From positions 1 to 27,189 of the forward strand of contig CAWEDJ010000097.1 in the NCBI GenBank assembly GCA_963807635.1: 27,189 nucleotides of DNA, written 5' to 3'. Position 1 is the first letter of the stretch. The number at the start of each line of letters is the position of its first letter. Both the position numbers and the translations under genes were made by a program. Positions 1-10,287 of the stretch are shown piece after piece. This DNA comes from an uncultured cyanobacterium. GTDB taxonomy: Bacteria; Cyanobacteriota; Cyanobacteriia; Cyanobacteriales; Microcystaceae. The notes under the pieces were generated by a model, which was not told the origin of the DNA, did not search any database, and worked only from the letters and a program-made list of their open reading frames with translations.

Positions 1-2357
1 GGGTAAAATTGAAACTTCCCTCAAAAAAGCGATCGCCCACAAATTTGAGATTGTGTTTGCGGGGGCTTTTAGTGCGGGCAAGTCGATGCTCATTAATGCG
101 CTGTTAGAGAGGGAATTGCTCTACAGTGCGGAAGGTCACGCCACTGGAACGGAATGTCACATCGAATATGCCGAACCAGGGGAAGGAAGAAGTGGTTTTA
201 ACTTTCCTGAGTGAAGCAGAAATTCGTGAACAAGTGACCGCTTTATGTCATCGTTTGAACCTGCAAGCTGTTAACAATATTAATCAATCCGAAACCGTTC
301 AACTGTTCCGGAACAACAATGCCAAAAAATCATTGAACAAGAAGGAAGAGCCAGTAAGTCAGATAAGGCAAAACAAGCTTACGGTTTAATTCTACTTTTA
401 GATGGATTTAGCCAAAATCGGGATAAAATCCACACGATGAACAATGCGACCTATTCAATGGAACAATTGAATTTTTCCAATCTGACGGAAGCCGCAGGTT
501 ATGCTCGAAGGGGTAGCAATAGCGCGGTTCTCAAACGTCTAGATTATCATTGCTGTCATCCCTTATTGCAAGACGGGAATGTTTTAGTGGATCTGCCAGG
601 AATTGATGCCCCTGTCAAAAAAGATGCGGATTTAACCTATCGCAAAATAGAAGATCCCGATAGTTCTGCCGTTGTCTGTGTTTTAAAAGCGGCTTCGGCA
701 GGGGAAATGACCACCGAAGAAACGGAATTATTGGAGAAAATGCGCTCTAATTTGGGAATCCGCGATCGCGTTTTTTATGTTTTTAATCGTATTGATGACA
801 CTTGGTACAATACCCAATTGCGTCAACGATTAGAAAGTTTGATTCAAAATCAGTTTCAAGGTAATACAAAGCTCTATCAAACCAGTGGTTTATTGGGATT
901 TTTTGGCAGTCTGATTAAGCAAACTACAGGACGCGATCGCTTTGGATTGGATAGCATTTTTGCTGATAGTATTAAGGGACTCAATGGTGAAGAAGAAACC
1001 CCTCAATTTGTCAATGAATTTAACAATTATTGTGGTAATTCTAAAAAGCTATTGACCCGTACTGACTTTAAAGTTTCAGTCAATAGCTATGAGACTCCTA
1101 ATGAAAATTATGTTCGCATCTTAAGCGAATGGGGAACGCCTTTATTGGATCAACTCTATTCAGAGATAGTGGTATTCAAAGTTTTCGGGATGGGACAACC
1201 TGTTATCTCGCGGAAGAAAAGTATCCCGAACTGTTTAAAACTTTAGCCGATGATTTACAGCCCCTTTGTATCAGTCTCAAAAGTACCTACTTAAAAGAAT
1301 ATCGTGATTTAGATAGTCAACCCCGCGAAATTGAAGCAATGAAAGCCCAGGAACTAACCCTATTAAATCAATCTTTACAGGATTTAGGTGTTGCTTTCCG
1401 AGAACATATTGCCCTAGAAGTCAATAACACCATTACTAATCTAGATCGGGAATTTGAAGAGGATTTCATTAAGCTCAAAAATCGCATGGTAACGTATTTA
1501 GATGAGCTATTAAAAAACTTTTCTGTCGGTGTGGCTGATCGTCAAACAAGACTAAATCACCCCGGAACTCAACGGCTCCTTTTATTGCTGTTTTAGTTGA
1601 GGCTTTGTATTATCTCGCTAATGAATTAGAAGATGTTTTAGTCGTAGGAATTAAGGATTTAGTCAACAATTTTTCCCCTCGGCTATTAAACCGAGTTCGT
1701 CAAACGGATCATTATCGTGAAATTTCTCGTCTGTTAGGGAAAGATGCGGGGATCGAAATTGATTTAAAACAAGTGGAAGAAGATCTCAGCAAAGCCTTAG
1801 TGAGTGCGGCAATTTCTGAATGTGATTCCTATGTGCGAGAAAGTCCCCGTTTCTATGATGAAGGAACTTTTTCGATTCATCAATTTCCGCAAAACCTTAC
1901 AGCAAACTTCCCAAAGTTATGACGCTGAAAGTATTGTCACGGCTGAACCTGCGATTCGTCAATTATTAAAGCTAGATGTGAACCCAAGGTTTTTAATACC
2001 GTTCGGAAAACCTTTCGTCAAAAAATTAATCAGGCGATTAAAACCCATCTGTTACCAATGGCAGAAAAACAAGCGGATGAGATTTTGCAACAATATGATG
2101 TAGCTCGTTCCTATTTGCAGCAAACTCTAGAAAAGGAAGCAGAGGAAAAAATTGCTCGCAATAGTCGTTTACAAGGAACCGTTAAGGGCAAAATTGATGC
2201 CTATAATGAAGCCATTTCAGCGATTAATGAATGCCTAAAAGCAATGCAATTGTATCAATTACCTTTGATTACTCAGGAAGAATTTTCTGCTCAATCTGAA
2301 AGCATTAAATCTGAAATCATTGAAGCAGATTTAGTTGATAGTGCTGATATTACCTAG
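1..2357 (+). CDS. Dynamin-like GTPase, cyanobacterial KGK clade (SynDLP/Slr0869-like); 5'-truncated by the window and broken by about six frameshifts
   Basis: Frame 2 from base 2 reads KFEIVFAGAFSAGKSMLINALLERELLYSAEGHATGTEC (P-loop and G2 Thr). ORF 437..1246 has LVDLPG (G3) and VFNRID (G4). Successive overlapping ORFs give a long helical stalk ending at 2357. Adding one C near 1562 restores HPRNSTAPFIAVLVEALYYL. KGK genes lie downstream. Confidence 0.88.
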
Positions 2358-2379
2358 ACATTTCTTACGTTATAATTTT

Positions 2380-2410
2380 TAGGGGGTAGTTTTTACCCCT
2401 TAATAATTTT
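2380..2410 (+). terminator. Short hairpin after the dynamin gene, possible intrinsic terminator
   Basis: GGGGTA/TACCCC stem with a short T-rich loop, followed by an A/T-rich tail. Confidence 0.4.
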
Positions 2411-2442
2411 TTGATGATAATTCTCAAATAAGACTTAAAAAA

Positions 2443-2952
2443 ATGATTACGAACAATCAATATACCCAAATGGCAATTGAAGCTTTAAGTGACAAGTTAA
2501 ATGATTCTATTCCAGAAATTCGGGCTAAGGCGGCTGAATCTTTGGGAAAAATGGGAGATGGTGTTCCTATCTCTGCTTTAATTAATCGATTATCATTTGA
2601 ATAAATTAAAAAAGTACAATGAATCTGATTCAAACATTAGGAGAAATTGGCAATGATGCGGCTATTCCTAGCTTAGTAAATTATCTCAATGTTCAAGATA
2701 GTCTGATTCGTACTGCCACTGCCAAGGCACTCGGTAAAATCGGCAGTGAAAAAGCCATTTCCTATCTTATTAATACTCTTTCCGATTCAGAGGCATCAGT
2801 TCGGGCAGTTGCGGCCCAAGCTCTCGGACAAATTGGCTCAGAGGAAGCAATTCCTTAACTTAATCCAAATCTTTTCTGATCCTGATAAAATGGTTCGACT
2901 TCAGGTGGCAGATGCGATTGGAAAAATTGGTCAACGTTACGCCGTAGCTTAA
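2443..2952 (+). CDS. HEAT-repeat (PBS lyase HEAT-like) protein, frameshifted near 2600-2615 and 2855
   Basis: ATG at 2443 reads MITNNQYTQMAIEALSDKLNDSIPEIRAKAAESLGKMG. Later pieces read IRTATAKALGKIG, VRAVAAQALGQIG and VRLQVADAIGKIG, all typical HEAT_2 repeats. Confidence 0.8.
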
Positions 2953-3435
2953 AATGGCACTGAATAAAAAGTATCTAGAAATCTCGAAACGTAAGTAGTA
3001 TATAAACGCTTAAAATTATTTTCCCCCCCCTTGGGTATTCCGATTAAAATGTTAAAATTTTGGCTAGAAATTGAATCGTAATCGCATTTTTTGAGTTATA
3101 ATTTTTAGGAGTAACTTTTGCCTTTTAAACTACTTTTTTTATTAATGGAGACAAAATCATGGATCTTGAATATAACGATCATCTTAAAAATCTTCGCGAT
3201 GACGATATTTTAGAACAGACAGAAAAATTGTTTAAAGTTGGTAAAGTCAAATCAGCTTTACAATCAGCTTTTGATAATGCTATCCCTGATTCACTTACTA
3301 GGCATCTTAATAACAATCAAGTTCAGATCGCTGTTCAAAATGAATTAACTGATTGGTTTACAAAAGGAGTCGATCGTCAAATTTTAAAGGCTGGTTCTGA
3401 TGGCTGGAAAAAAGGGAAATTAAAAATCAAAGTTA

Positions 3436-4347
3436 GAGCGTGTCATCAATTAACACACTTGACATTAGTGAATAATTATGCTGTTTAAACTGGGCTACGC
3501 TAACCATATAACTGATGCGGCCAGATAGATGCCGCCCAAAAATTGGCTGAGCGCTTGTCGTAACGAGTCGCAAGCGCACGATATTGTTTGAGTTTCGCAA
3601 AGAAGTTTTCGACTAAATGACGCGCTTTATACAAAAATGTATCATAAGGGCGAGGTTCTTTTCGATTACTTTTCGAGGGTATCACAGGCACTATCCCTCT
3701 TTTTTCTAGAACCTTAATGACTCTATCGTCTGCGTCATAGGCTTTGTCCCCTAGCACCGCTTCTGCTTCTCACAATCAGGCAATAGCACATCGGCTCCGT
3801 CTAAATCACACGCTTGACCTGGCGTTAGAAAAAGAGACTGGATTCCCTAATGCGTCTACTACGGCATGGATTTTCGTACTTAATCCTCCTTAACTCCTTC
3901 CTATATCTTCTTCCTCTGCGCTACTGTTTTTTGCTCCTGCACTGTGTTGATGCGCTCTCACAATCGTTGCATCTATCATTGCGTATTCATTATCAGCGTC
4001 CTGCCGCTAAGTGCTTGAATACCTTTTCCCACACCCCTGATTTCGTCCATCGCGTAAAACGCGTGTGAATCACTCGAAAATCTCCAAACCTTTCGGGTAA
4101 GTCTCTCCAAGGAATGCCCGCTCTATATCGATATAATACGGCTTCAACAAACAAACGATTATCTTTGGCTGTTACTCCCACATCTCCCTCTTTTCCAGGT
4201 AATAGCTCTTTGATTCTTTCCCATTGGTCATCCCGCAACGCATAACGCCTCGTCATATTCACACCTCTCTTCAACGTATATTGTGTCATTTCATACTCTG
4301 CGAATTATTTGCCACTAATGTTAACCCCCCTAATTGATGACACGCCC
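3436..4347 (-). mobile_element. IS5-family insertion sequence (IS427-like group), 912 bp
   Basis: 17-bp terminal inverted repeats GAGCGTGTCATCAATTA (3436..3452) and TAATTGATGACACGCCC (4331..4347), one mismatch. Flanking TA duplication at 3434-3435 and 4348-4349. Internal DDE transposase. Confidence 0.93.
3500..4256 (-). CDS. IS5-family DDE transposase in several frames
   Basis: MTRRYALRDDQWERI...GIPWRDLPERFG (DUF4096-like N-terminus), then IDATIVRAHQHSAGAK, GDKAYDAD and ARHLVENFFAKLKQYRALATRYDK. An A6 run after AGAK is where this group typically frameshifts; additional indels are also present. Confidence 0.88.
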
Positions 4348-4467
4348 TAGTGTTGAATTTATTCCTGATGAGCCAGAAATTCCTGAATATCAATCACCGC
4401 TTGACGAAATTCGTCGGGAAATGCAACAAAATAGTTAAACTAAATAAAATTAATAGGAGACAAAATC

Positions 4468-4863
4468 ATGGCAATTGAAGATAATTTTCACTTAGAAGGA
4501 TGTTCTGATGAGGATGTTGTATCGTTATATGGCAAATTCTATAAAGTGGAAGCTCTTAAGGCGGAATTAAATAAATTTCTAACAGGTAATAATTCAAATT
4601 CAGCTTCTTCTGGTCTATCCGAAACATTAAATAGCTCTGGAATCAAAATTAAAAAAGCAAAAGCTTTAGCTTTATTTACTAAAGGGACAGACTCTGAAAT
4701 ATTAAAAGTGGCCTCTACTGGATGGAAAAAAGGAAGGTTTAATCTAAAAATAGCTATTGAATTTATTCCAGATGAACCAGAAATTCAAAATGAGCCTGAA
4801 TCCTCTAAATATGAATCACCCCTTGATGAGATTCGTAATCATCCCTCTTTCCCTAATTCTTAA
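4468..4863 (+). CDS. KGK-domain protein 2 (intact)
   Basis: 131 aa with EILKVASTGWKKGRFNLKIAIEFIPDEPE...SPLDEIR; AGGAG RBS upstream. Confidence 0.88.
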   Translation: MAIEDNFHLEGCSDEDVVSLYGKFYKVEALKAELNKFLTGNNSNSASSGLSETLNSSGIKIKKAKALALFTKGTDSEILKVASTGWKKGRFNLKIAIEFIPDEPEIQNEPESSKYESPLDEIRNHPSFPNS

Positions 4864-4903
4864 TCTTGATTAAACCCAAAATAAATCTCAGAGGAAATAT
4901 AAA

Positions 4904-5491
4904 ATGATTGCTCTCAAATCAGATTATTACATGAGTCCAGAAGAATATCTGGAATTTGAACACCATAGCGACACCAAACACGAATATATTGATGGTGAAG
5001 TCTATGCAATGGCAGGAACAACCAAAGCACACAATACAATTAGTCTTAATCTGGCAATACTTTTTCGAGAAAAGTTAAAAAACTCTAATTGTCAAACCTT
5101 TATGGCGGATATAAAAGTAAATGTATCAAACCAAAAACGCTTTTTTTATCCTGATATTGTCGTAACTTGCGATGATAATGACGATGTAAATGCTTATGAT
5201 ATTAAATTTCCAAAAGTCATCGTTGAAGTGCTTTCTGAATCGACTGAAACCTTTGATCGCGGTAAGAAGTTTCAATATTATCGTACTATTCCCAGTTTAC
5301 AAGAATATATTTTAGTCAGTTCTCAGGAATATCTGATTGAATGTTTTCGACGGACTAAAAATGATTTATGGACTCTACAAACCTACGAAGAATTAAACGC
5401 AATTCTCCGTATTGAAAATTTTGCGATTGATGCCCCATTATCCGAGATTTATGCCACCCTCGATTTTAATATAATAGAAAATCAAGCCTAA
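4904..5491 (+). CDS. Uma2 (DUF820) family PD-(D/E)XK endonuclease-like protein
   Basis: EYIDGEVYAMAG, YPDIVVTC, IVEVLSEST, DRGKKF and LQEYILVS motifs. Confidence 0.92.
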   Translation: MIALKSDYYMSPEEYLEFEHHSDTKHEYIDGEVYAMAGTTKAHNTISLNLAILFREKLKNSNCQTFMADIKVNVSNQKRFFYPDIVVTCDDNDDVNAYDIKFPKVIVEVLSESTETFDRGKKFQYYRTIPSLQEYILVSSQEYLIECFRRTKNDLWTLQTYEELNAILRIENFAIDAPLSEIYATLDFNIIENQA

Positions 5492-5495
5492 ATTT

Positions 5496-5738
5496 ATGAC
5501 AAAAACTCCCCGCATTCCTATTCCCAATTCCGTTAGACAATACATCTACCAAAGAGATCATTATCAATGCCAAAGCTGTGGTCAAACTCAGACCGAAACC
5601 AAGCTAAATATTGACCATATTATTCCCCTCGCAAAAGGTGGCAGTAATGATATGAGTAACCTACAAACCCTCTGTCAAACCTGTAATCAAAAGAAAAAAC
5701 ACTACCTCGATCCCCGATTTAAACGACACTTTGATTAA
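5496..5738 (+). CDS. Small HNH endonuclease
   Basis: RDHYQCQSCG...IDHIIPLAKGGSNDMSNLQTLCQTCNQKK: HNH core with two CxxC pairs. Confidence 0.92.
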   Translation: MTKTPRIPIPNSVRQYIYQRDHYQCQSCGQTQTETKLNIDHIIPLAKGGSNDMSNLQTLCQTCNQKKKHYLDPRFKRHFD

Positions 5739-5752
5739 AAGCCCGATCGCGT

Positions 5753-7240
5753 TTAGGGTTTTGCTGGTGCTGGAATGGTAATGTCAATGTTGCCTACGGG
5801 TTGCTTCAGGCTGGATAAATTGGGTTCGATCGCTTGTCTTGACAATTAAGGTGAAAAGTTTATCGGGAACTAAGTATTTTTGGGAACCTGTTGAATAGAT
5901 TCTGCTGTAACGTCTTTAACTTTGCTCTGATACTGAAAAATAAAATCAGCAGGATAACCGTAATATTCATAGGTCATCAGACGGGTTAGGGTCTGGCTAG
6001 GATTTTCAAATTTAAAGACAAAAGAGTTGAGGATAGATTCTTTTGCGTAGGATAATTCTTCTGGCGTGACGAGAGTAGTGCGAATGCGGTCAATTTCACT
6101 CAACAATGATTTGATGAAAGGAACGGTTGCATCAGTACGGGTTTGTCCTCCTCCAATTAAAACGCCTGGGTAATCGTAGGCGGCATTCCAACTTCCATAG
6201 ACAGAGTAAGCTAATCCTTGTCTGGAGCGGATCTCGTTGAATAAACGCCCTCCAAAGCCGCTTAATACCCCATTCATGACACTGAGAGTCGGGTAGTCGG
6301 GATCACTTAATTTACCGTCGATGTGTCCTAATAGGATATTGCTTTGGGTCAATTTGGGTTGATCGACGATGAAGATTTTTTGTTGGTTTTGTTGACTAGC
6401 CCCTGGAACATCAAGATTGGGCTTGGGCGTAGAAACTTCCCAGTTACCAAATTTTTGAGCAATTAAAGCTTTCATTTCTGTTGGATCAAAATCACCGACA
6501 ATTCCCAATAGAGTTGATTCGGGTCGGATGTAGTCGGCGTGGAATTTGACAATACTATTGCGATCAATTTGGTCTAGGGTGGCGTATTCTACGATGCGGG
6601 CATAGGGACTTTCGCTACCATACATCAGTTTTTTAAATTCTCGACTGGCAATATCATCGGGATCATCGTTACGACGGGCGATCGCTCCTTGGGCTTGAGT
6701 TTTAGCGAGTTCAATTTTGTCGGCCGCAAAAACAGGTTTTTGGATGATTTCAGCAAACAGATTAAAAACCGTTTCCTTATCTTTGCTCAGGGCATCAAAA
6801 CTAGCCGAGCCTGATGTGGCTCCAATGGCGGTTTCAATGGCGGCGGCCCGTTGTTCGAGAATCTGGTTTAATTCATCGGGGGAATGGTTGGCAGTTCCCC
6901 CTGTACGCATGGTTTCGCCTGTGATTCCTGCTAGGCCAACTTGCTGACTGGGTTCTAAACGAGATCCTGTCCGAAATAGGGCGGTTCCTTTGACGAGGGG
7001 CAGTTCATGGTCTTCAACTAAATAAACAATTAGTCCATTATCGAGTTGATACCGTTCATATTTAGGGATTTCGATATCGGGGAGGGGCGGAAACTCTAAT
7101 TGATCGTAATGACGCGGAACTTGGGCGGTTATGATCGGGGCGTTTTTAGCATTGGCGGGATTATGGATCGCCAGGGAAAGTATCAACGCGATCGCGACTA
7201 AACCTAGCCAACCAAAGCGTTTCAATAAGTTGTTCATCAT
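5753..7240 (-). CDS. M16 (pitrilysin/insulinase) family peptidase-like protein, probably the non-catalytic subunit, exported; C-terminus frameshifted
   Basis: Signal-like N-terminus, LDNGLIVYLVEDHELPLV and GRLFNEIRSRQGLAYSV motifs, no HxxEH. After about 5880 other frames continue QKYLVPDKLFTLIV...IDITIPAPAKP* ending at 5753. Confidence 0.85.
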
Positions 7241-7351
7241 GTCTTTTTACAATCAATAGTTTCAGAAAAGTGTCTAACCACCCTCTATCATATCCTGTGG
7301 TTTTGTCGGTTAACTACTCAGTTAAGGATAGATAAAGGGGTTGAGTAGAGA

Positions 7352-8680
7352 TTAATCGGGTTTTTTGAGGATTGAGGTGGGTGGAGTCATTGCTTTTTTA
7401 GAATCAATCTTTTTCTGTTCGGCGGATGAAGATGCGACGACTTTTGTTGGGATACTAGGCGGTTTGGCCGCAGGAATCGACTCGGTCGCCTTGAGGTGTT
7501 GATAGGTCGCGCGGGACATATCCTGAATGAGCGTTCTGGCGGCAATGTCGTTGTAAGGACGCTTGGCAATGATGGCTTCAATGTACCGTTTTCCATTGGG
7601 CATATCAATAATCCCCGCATCTCCTAATACGGTTCCGATATCTCCTGTTTTATGGGAAATAATTGCCCCAGGCTCTAAACCTGGTGGTAATAGGGTACGG
7701 GTTTTAGTTTCCTGCATAATTCCCAACAGGCGATCGCGGGATTTGAGGGAAATTAATTCGCCTTGATTGACCTTTAATAAAACCGTCGCCAAGTCCTTGG
7801 AACTGGTCGTATTAGTTCCTTCGAGATCGGGCAACAGGTTATGGATTTGGGTGTGGGTTAATCCCCAGGCTTGAAAACGTTGATCGAGAACCGCTTTGCC
7901 TCCCATGCGCTTAATCAGCATATTCGTCGCCGTATTATCGCTAATGGCGATCATTTTTGTTACGGTTTCGAGGGCAGTAAAGGATTTTTGACCTTGTTGA
8001 TACTGCATATCTCCTGAACCACTGGCGATCACATCTTTACCCATTGGCAACTTTTCATTGAGCTTGATTTTGCCCGCGTCCACATCTTGAAAAAACGCGA
8101 TCGCGATGGGAATTTTGATCAAGCTAGCGGCGGAAATCGGCGTATCTCCCGCCAAATTCACGTATTTTCCGTTATCTAAATCAATAAAAAAAGCTTGGGT
8201 TTCAATTTTGGGCTGCTTTTTATCTAGATTCGCTAATTTTTGTTTGAGAGGAATTAGTTCTTCGGTCAAATGAATCTGGTTACTGGCGGAAGAATCGGCC
8301 TGGCTATCTTGCGGCGTTAGGGTAGAAACGAATTTTGCGATCGCCTCCTGGGGTTTAATGCCGACTGCGGCTGTTTTTTGGGCCGTAGATTTTTCCTGTC
8401 CTTTGAAAGTTGACGCTTGGGAAGACAGAAAACGAGTCGGAGCAAAAACCGTCAAAGCCGTTCCAGCAATTACCGCCAATCCCGCGCCGAAAATACCGAC
8501 CCGAAGGGCATAGAGTACACTCGTCGTTACCCAATTCGGTTCACGAGAAGATTTTCGCTTGCGGGGAACCTGAGTTGAAGCGATCGGTTCGGCAGCCACC
8601 GTAAGAGTCGTTACATTGGTGGGCTGGGGAACCAGGGAAATATGAGAACGGGTCGAACGACGAGAATTTTTCCTAGACAT
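7352..8680 (-). CDS. Class A beta-lactamase-related serine hydrolase (PBP-A-like) with N-terminal membrane anchor
   Basis: SLIK (SxxK), SDN and KTG motifs; one transmembrane segment near residues 55-80. Confidence 0.88.
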   Translation of the reverse strand: MSRKNSRRSTRSHISLVPQPTNVTTLTVAAEPIASTQVPRKRKSSREPNWVTTSVLYALRVGIFGAGLAVIAGTALTVFAPTRFLSSQASTFKGQEKSTAQKTAAVGIKPQEAIAKFVSTLTPQDSQADSSASNQIHLTEELIPLKQKLANLDKKQPKIETQAFFIDLDNGKYVNLAGDTPISAASLIKIPIAIAFFQDVDAGKIKLNEKLPMGKDVIASGSGDMQYQQGQKSFTALETVTKMIAISDNTATNMLIKRMGGKAVLDQRFQAWGLTHTQIHNLLPDLEGTNTTSSKDLATVLLKVNQGELISLKSRDRLLGIMQETKTRTLLPPGLEPGAIISHKTGDIGTVLGDAGIIDMPNGKRYIEAIIAKRPYNDIAARTLIQDMSRATYQHLKATESIPAAKPPSIPTKVVASSSAEQKKIDSKKAMTPPTSILKKPD

Positions 8681-8763
8681 TTTCTTTAATTTTAGTGTGA
8701 GAAAGATTTAGACAAAGATCGTGTCAAAGCTTTATTTGGTTAGGGTAACAGACTTCGATACTT

Positions 8764-9543
8764 TTAAGAAGTTGACTTTTGGTTCTGACTATGAGCCGTC
8801 GAAAAATGTTGCGTCTTCCAATCCATTTGTCCCAAAATTCCTCGCAAGAGAGCGACTTCCTCCTCCGTCAGTTGGGCGCGTTGGTAAAGACGACGGATCT
8901 TTTCCATGCGAGCGTTGACCGTATGGGGATAGAGATAGCCAATTTTTAATAATGTTTGTTCTAAATGTTGATAATAACCCTCTAAATTTTCGAGAGTCGC
9001 CTTTTTACTCAAAGATTCTGCTGGAATCGAGCTAATGGGCTCGTATTGATGCTGATAAAGTTCATAGGCACAAACGGCAACGGACTGGGCCAAATTGAGG
9101 GCAGAATAATCAGGATTTGAGGGAATAGTGACGAAACGATGGGCATGGTTTAATTCTTCGTTACTCAGTCCTCGGTCTTCCCGTCCAAAAATCAGTGCGG
9201 TTTTTTCATCGGCAGTAATCAGCCAGGGTAGAGCTTGTCTGGGGGTTTCCAAGGGACTTTCTAAACTACGGGAACGGGCAGTGGTGGCGATCGCGCGGTG
9301 ACAACCTTTCAGGGCATCGGGCAAAGTGGGGACTTCTTCGGCCTGTTCTAAAATATCAGAAGCATGAACGGCCATCAGTCGAGCTTCTTCGCCCAGGCGA
9401 TCGCATTGGGGATTGACTAGAACCAGATGATGTAGTCCCATATTTTTCATAACGCGAGCAATGGAACCAACATTTAAGGCTCCTGCGGGTTCCATCAGAA
9501 TGATTCGGATATTGTTGAGGGGGGACATCATATTCTTAAGCAA
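8764..9543 (-). CDS. trmJ: SPOUT RNA methyltransferase, TrmJ/LasT (TrmH group 1) family
   Basis: NVGSIARVMKNMG, IFGREDRGLSNEEL and YSALNLAQSV motifs. Confidence 0.85.
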   Translation of the reverse strand: MLKNMMSPLNNIRIILMEPAGALNVGSIARVMKNMGLHHLVLVNPQCDRLGEEARLMAVHASDILEQAEEVPTLPDALKGCHRAIATTARSRSLESPLETPRQALPWLITADEKTALIFGREDRGLSNEELNHAHRFVTIPSNPDYSALNLAQSVAVCAYELYQHQYEPISSIPAESLSKKATLENLEGYYQHLEQTLLKIGYLYPHTVNARMEKIRRLYQRAQLTEEEVALLRGILGQMDWKTQHFSTAHSQNQKSTS

Positions 9544-9699
9544 CAGCCAGTAATTGTTCTAGTTTTCTCAGACAATGATAGATTCTATCCCAGTTTTAAG
9601 AGCTGTAACAACTATTCAAATCCTGTAGATAATTTGAGTTTGAATATTTGTAACTGGCAATGTTTTTGTGATAATTCTTAACTAAAGACTTTCCCTAAT

Positions 9700-10278
9700 T
9701 CAGAAAAGAGAAATGTCTAAAATAAATCCAGGTAAAATCTTTTCTCCCGATAACGTTGTGGGTAACGGAACAATTTCAACGGATTGATTAGGACGGTAAA
9801 TTTCAACTTCCTGGGCTTGGGGATTAATTAACCAACCTAACTGCAAACCACCGTCAAGATATTCCTGCATTTTTTCTTGAAGTTGATTTAATGAATCAGT
9901 CCGAGAACGTAATTCAATCACAAAATCGGGACATAATGGAGGAAATTTTTCCTGTTCTTCTAAGGTCAGGGATTCCCAGCGATCGCTTTTAACCCAAGCA
10001 ACATCAGGAGAACGTTTAGCTCCACTGGGCAAAGTAAAGATAGTAGAAGAACTAAAAACGTGTCCTAATCGAGTTTGGCGATTCCAAATAACCAAATCCG
10101 CATTCAAATCAGATTCTCGCTTACCGCTTAATCCACCGACGGGGGGCATAATAATTAATTCTCCTTGGGCGGTTCTTTCCAGTTGCCAATTTTCATTATC
10201 TTGGCAGAGTTGGTAAAATTGATCGTCGGTTAAAGCAACATTTTTGAAGCTCAAGGTAATCGGTTCTAAAGTAATCAT
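9700..10278 (-). CDS. Uma2 (DUF820) family protein
   Basis: LERTAQGELIIMPP, RSPDVAWV, PDFVIELRS and KMQEYLDGGLQLGWLINP motifs. Confidence 0.92.
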   Translation of the reverse strand: MITLEPITLSFKNVALTDDQFYQLCQDNENWQLERTAQGELIIMPPVGGLSGKRESDLNADLVIWNRQTRLGHVFSSSTIFTLPSGAKRSPDVAWVKSDRWESLTLEEQEKFPPLCPDFVIELRSRTDSLNQLQEKMQEYLDGGLQLGWLINPQAQEVEIYRPNQSVEIVPLPTTLSGEKILPGFILDISLF

Positions 10279-10287
10279 TAAATTTAC

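Larger units (their letters stand above)
3159..4438 (+). pseudogene. KGK-domain protein 1, interrupted by an IS5-family insertion
   Basis: The N-terminal part ends GWKKGKLKIKV. Removing 3436..4349 rejoins it in frame to SVEFIPDEPEIPEYQSPLDEIRREMQQNS* (stop 4436..4438), which matches the C-terminus of the paralog at 4468..4863. Confidence 0.9.

Noticed and set aside
7352..8680. Acquired antibiotic-resistance beta-lactamase
   Set aside because: It is a membrane-anchored, HIP1-rich chromosomal gene resembling cyanobacterial PBP-A-like proteins, with no mobile context.
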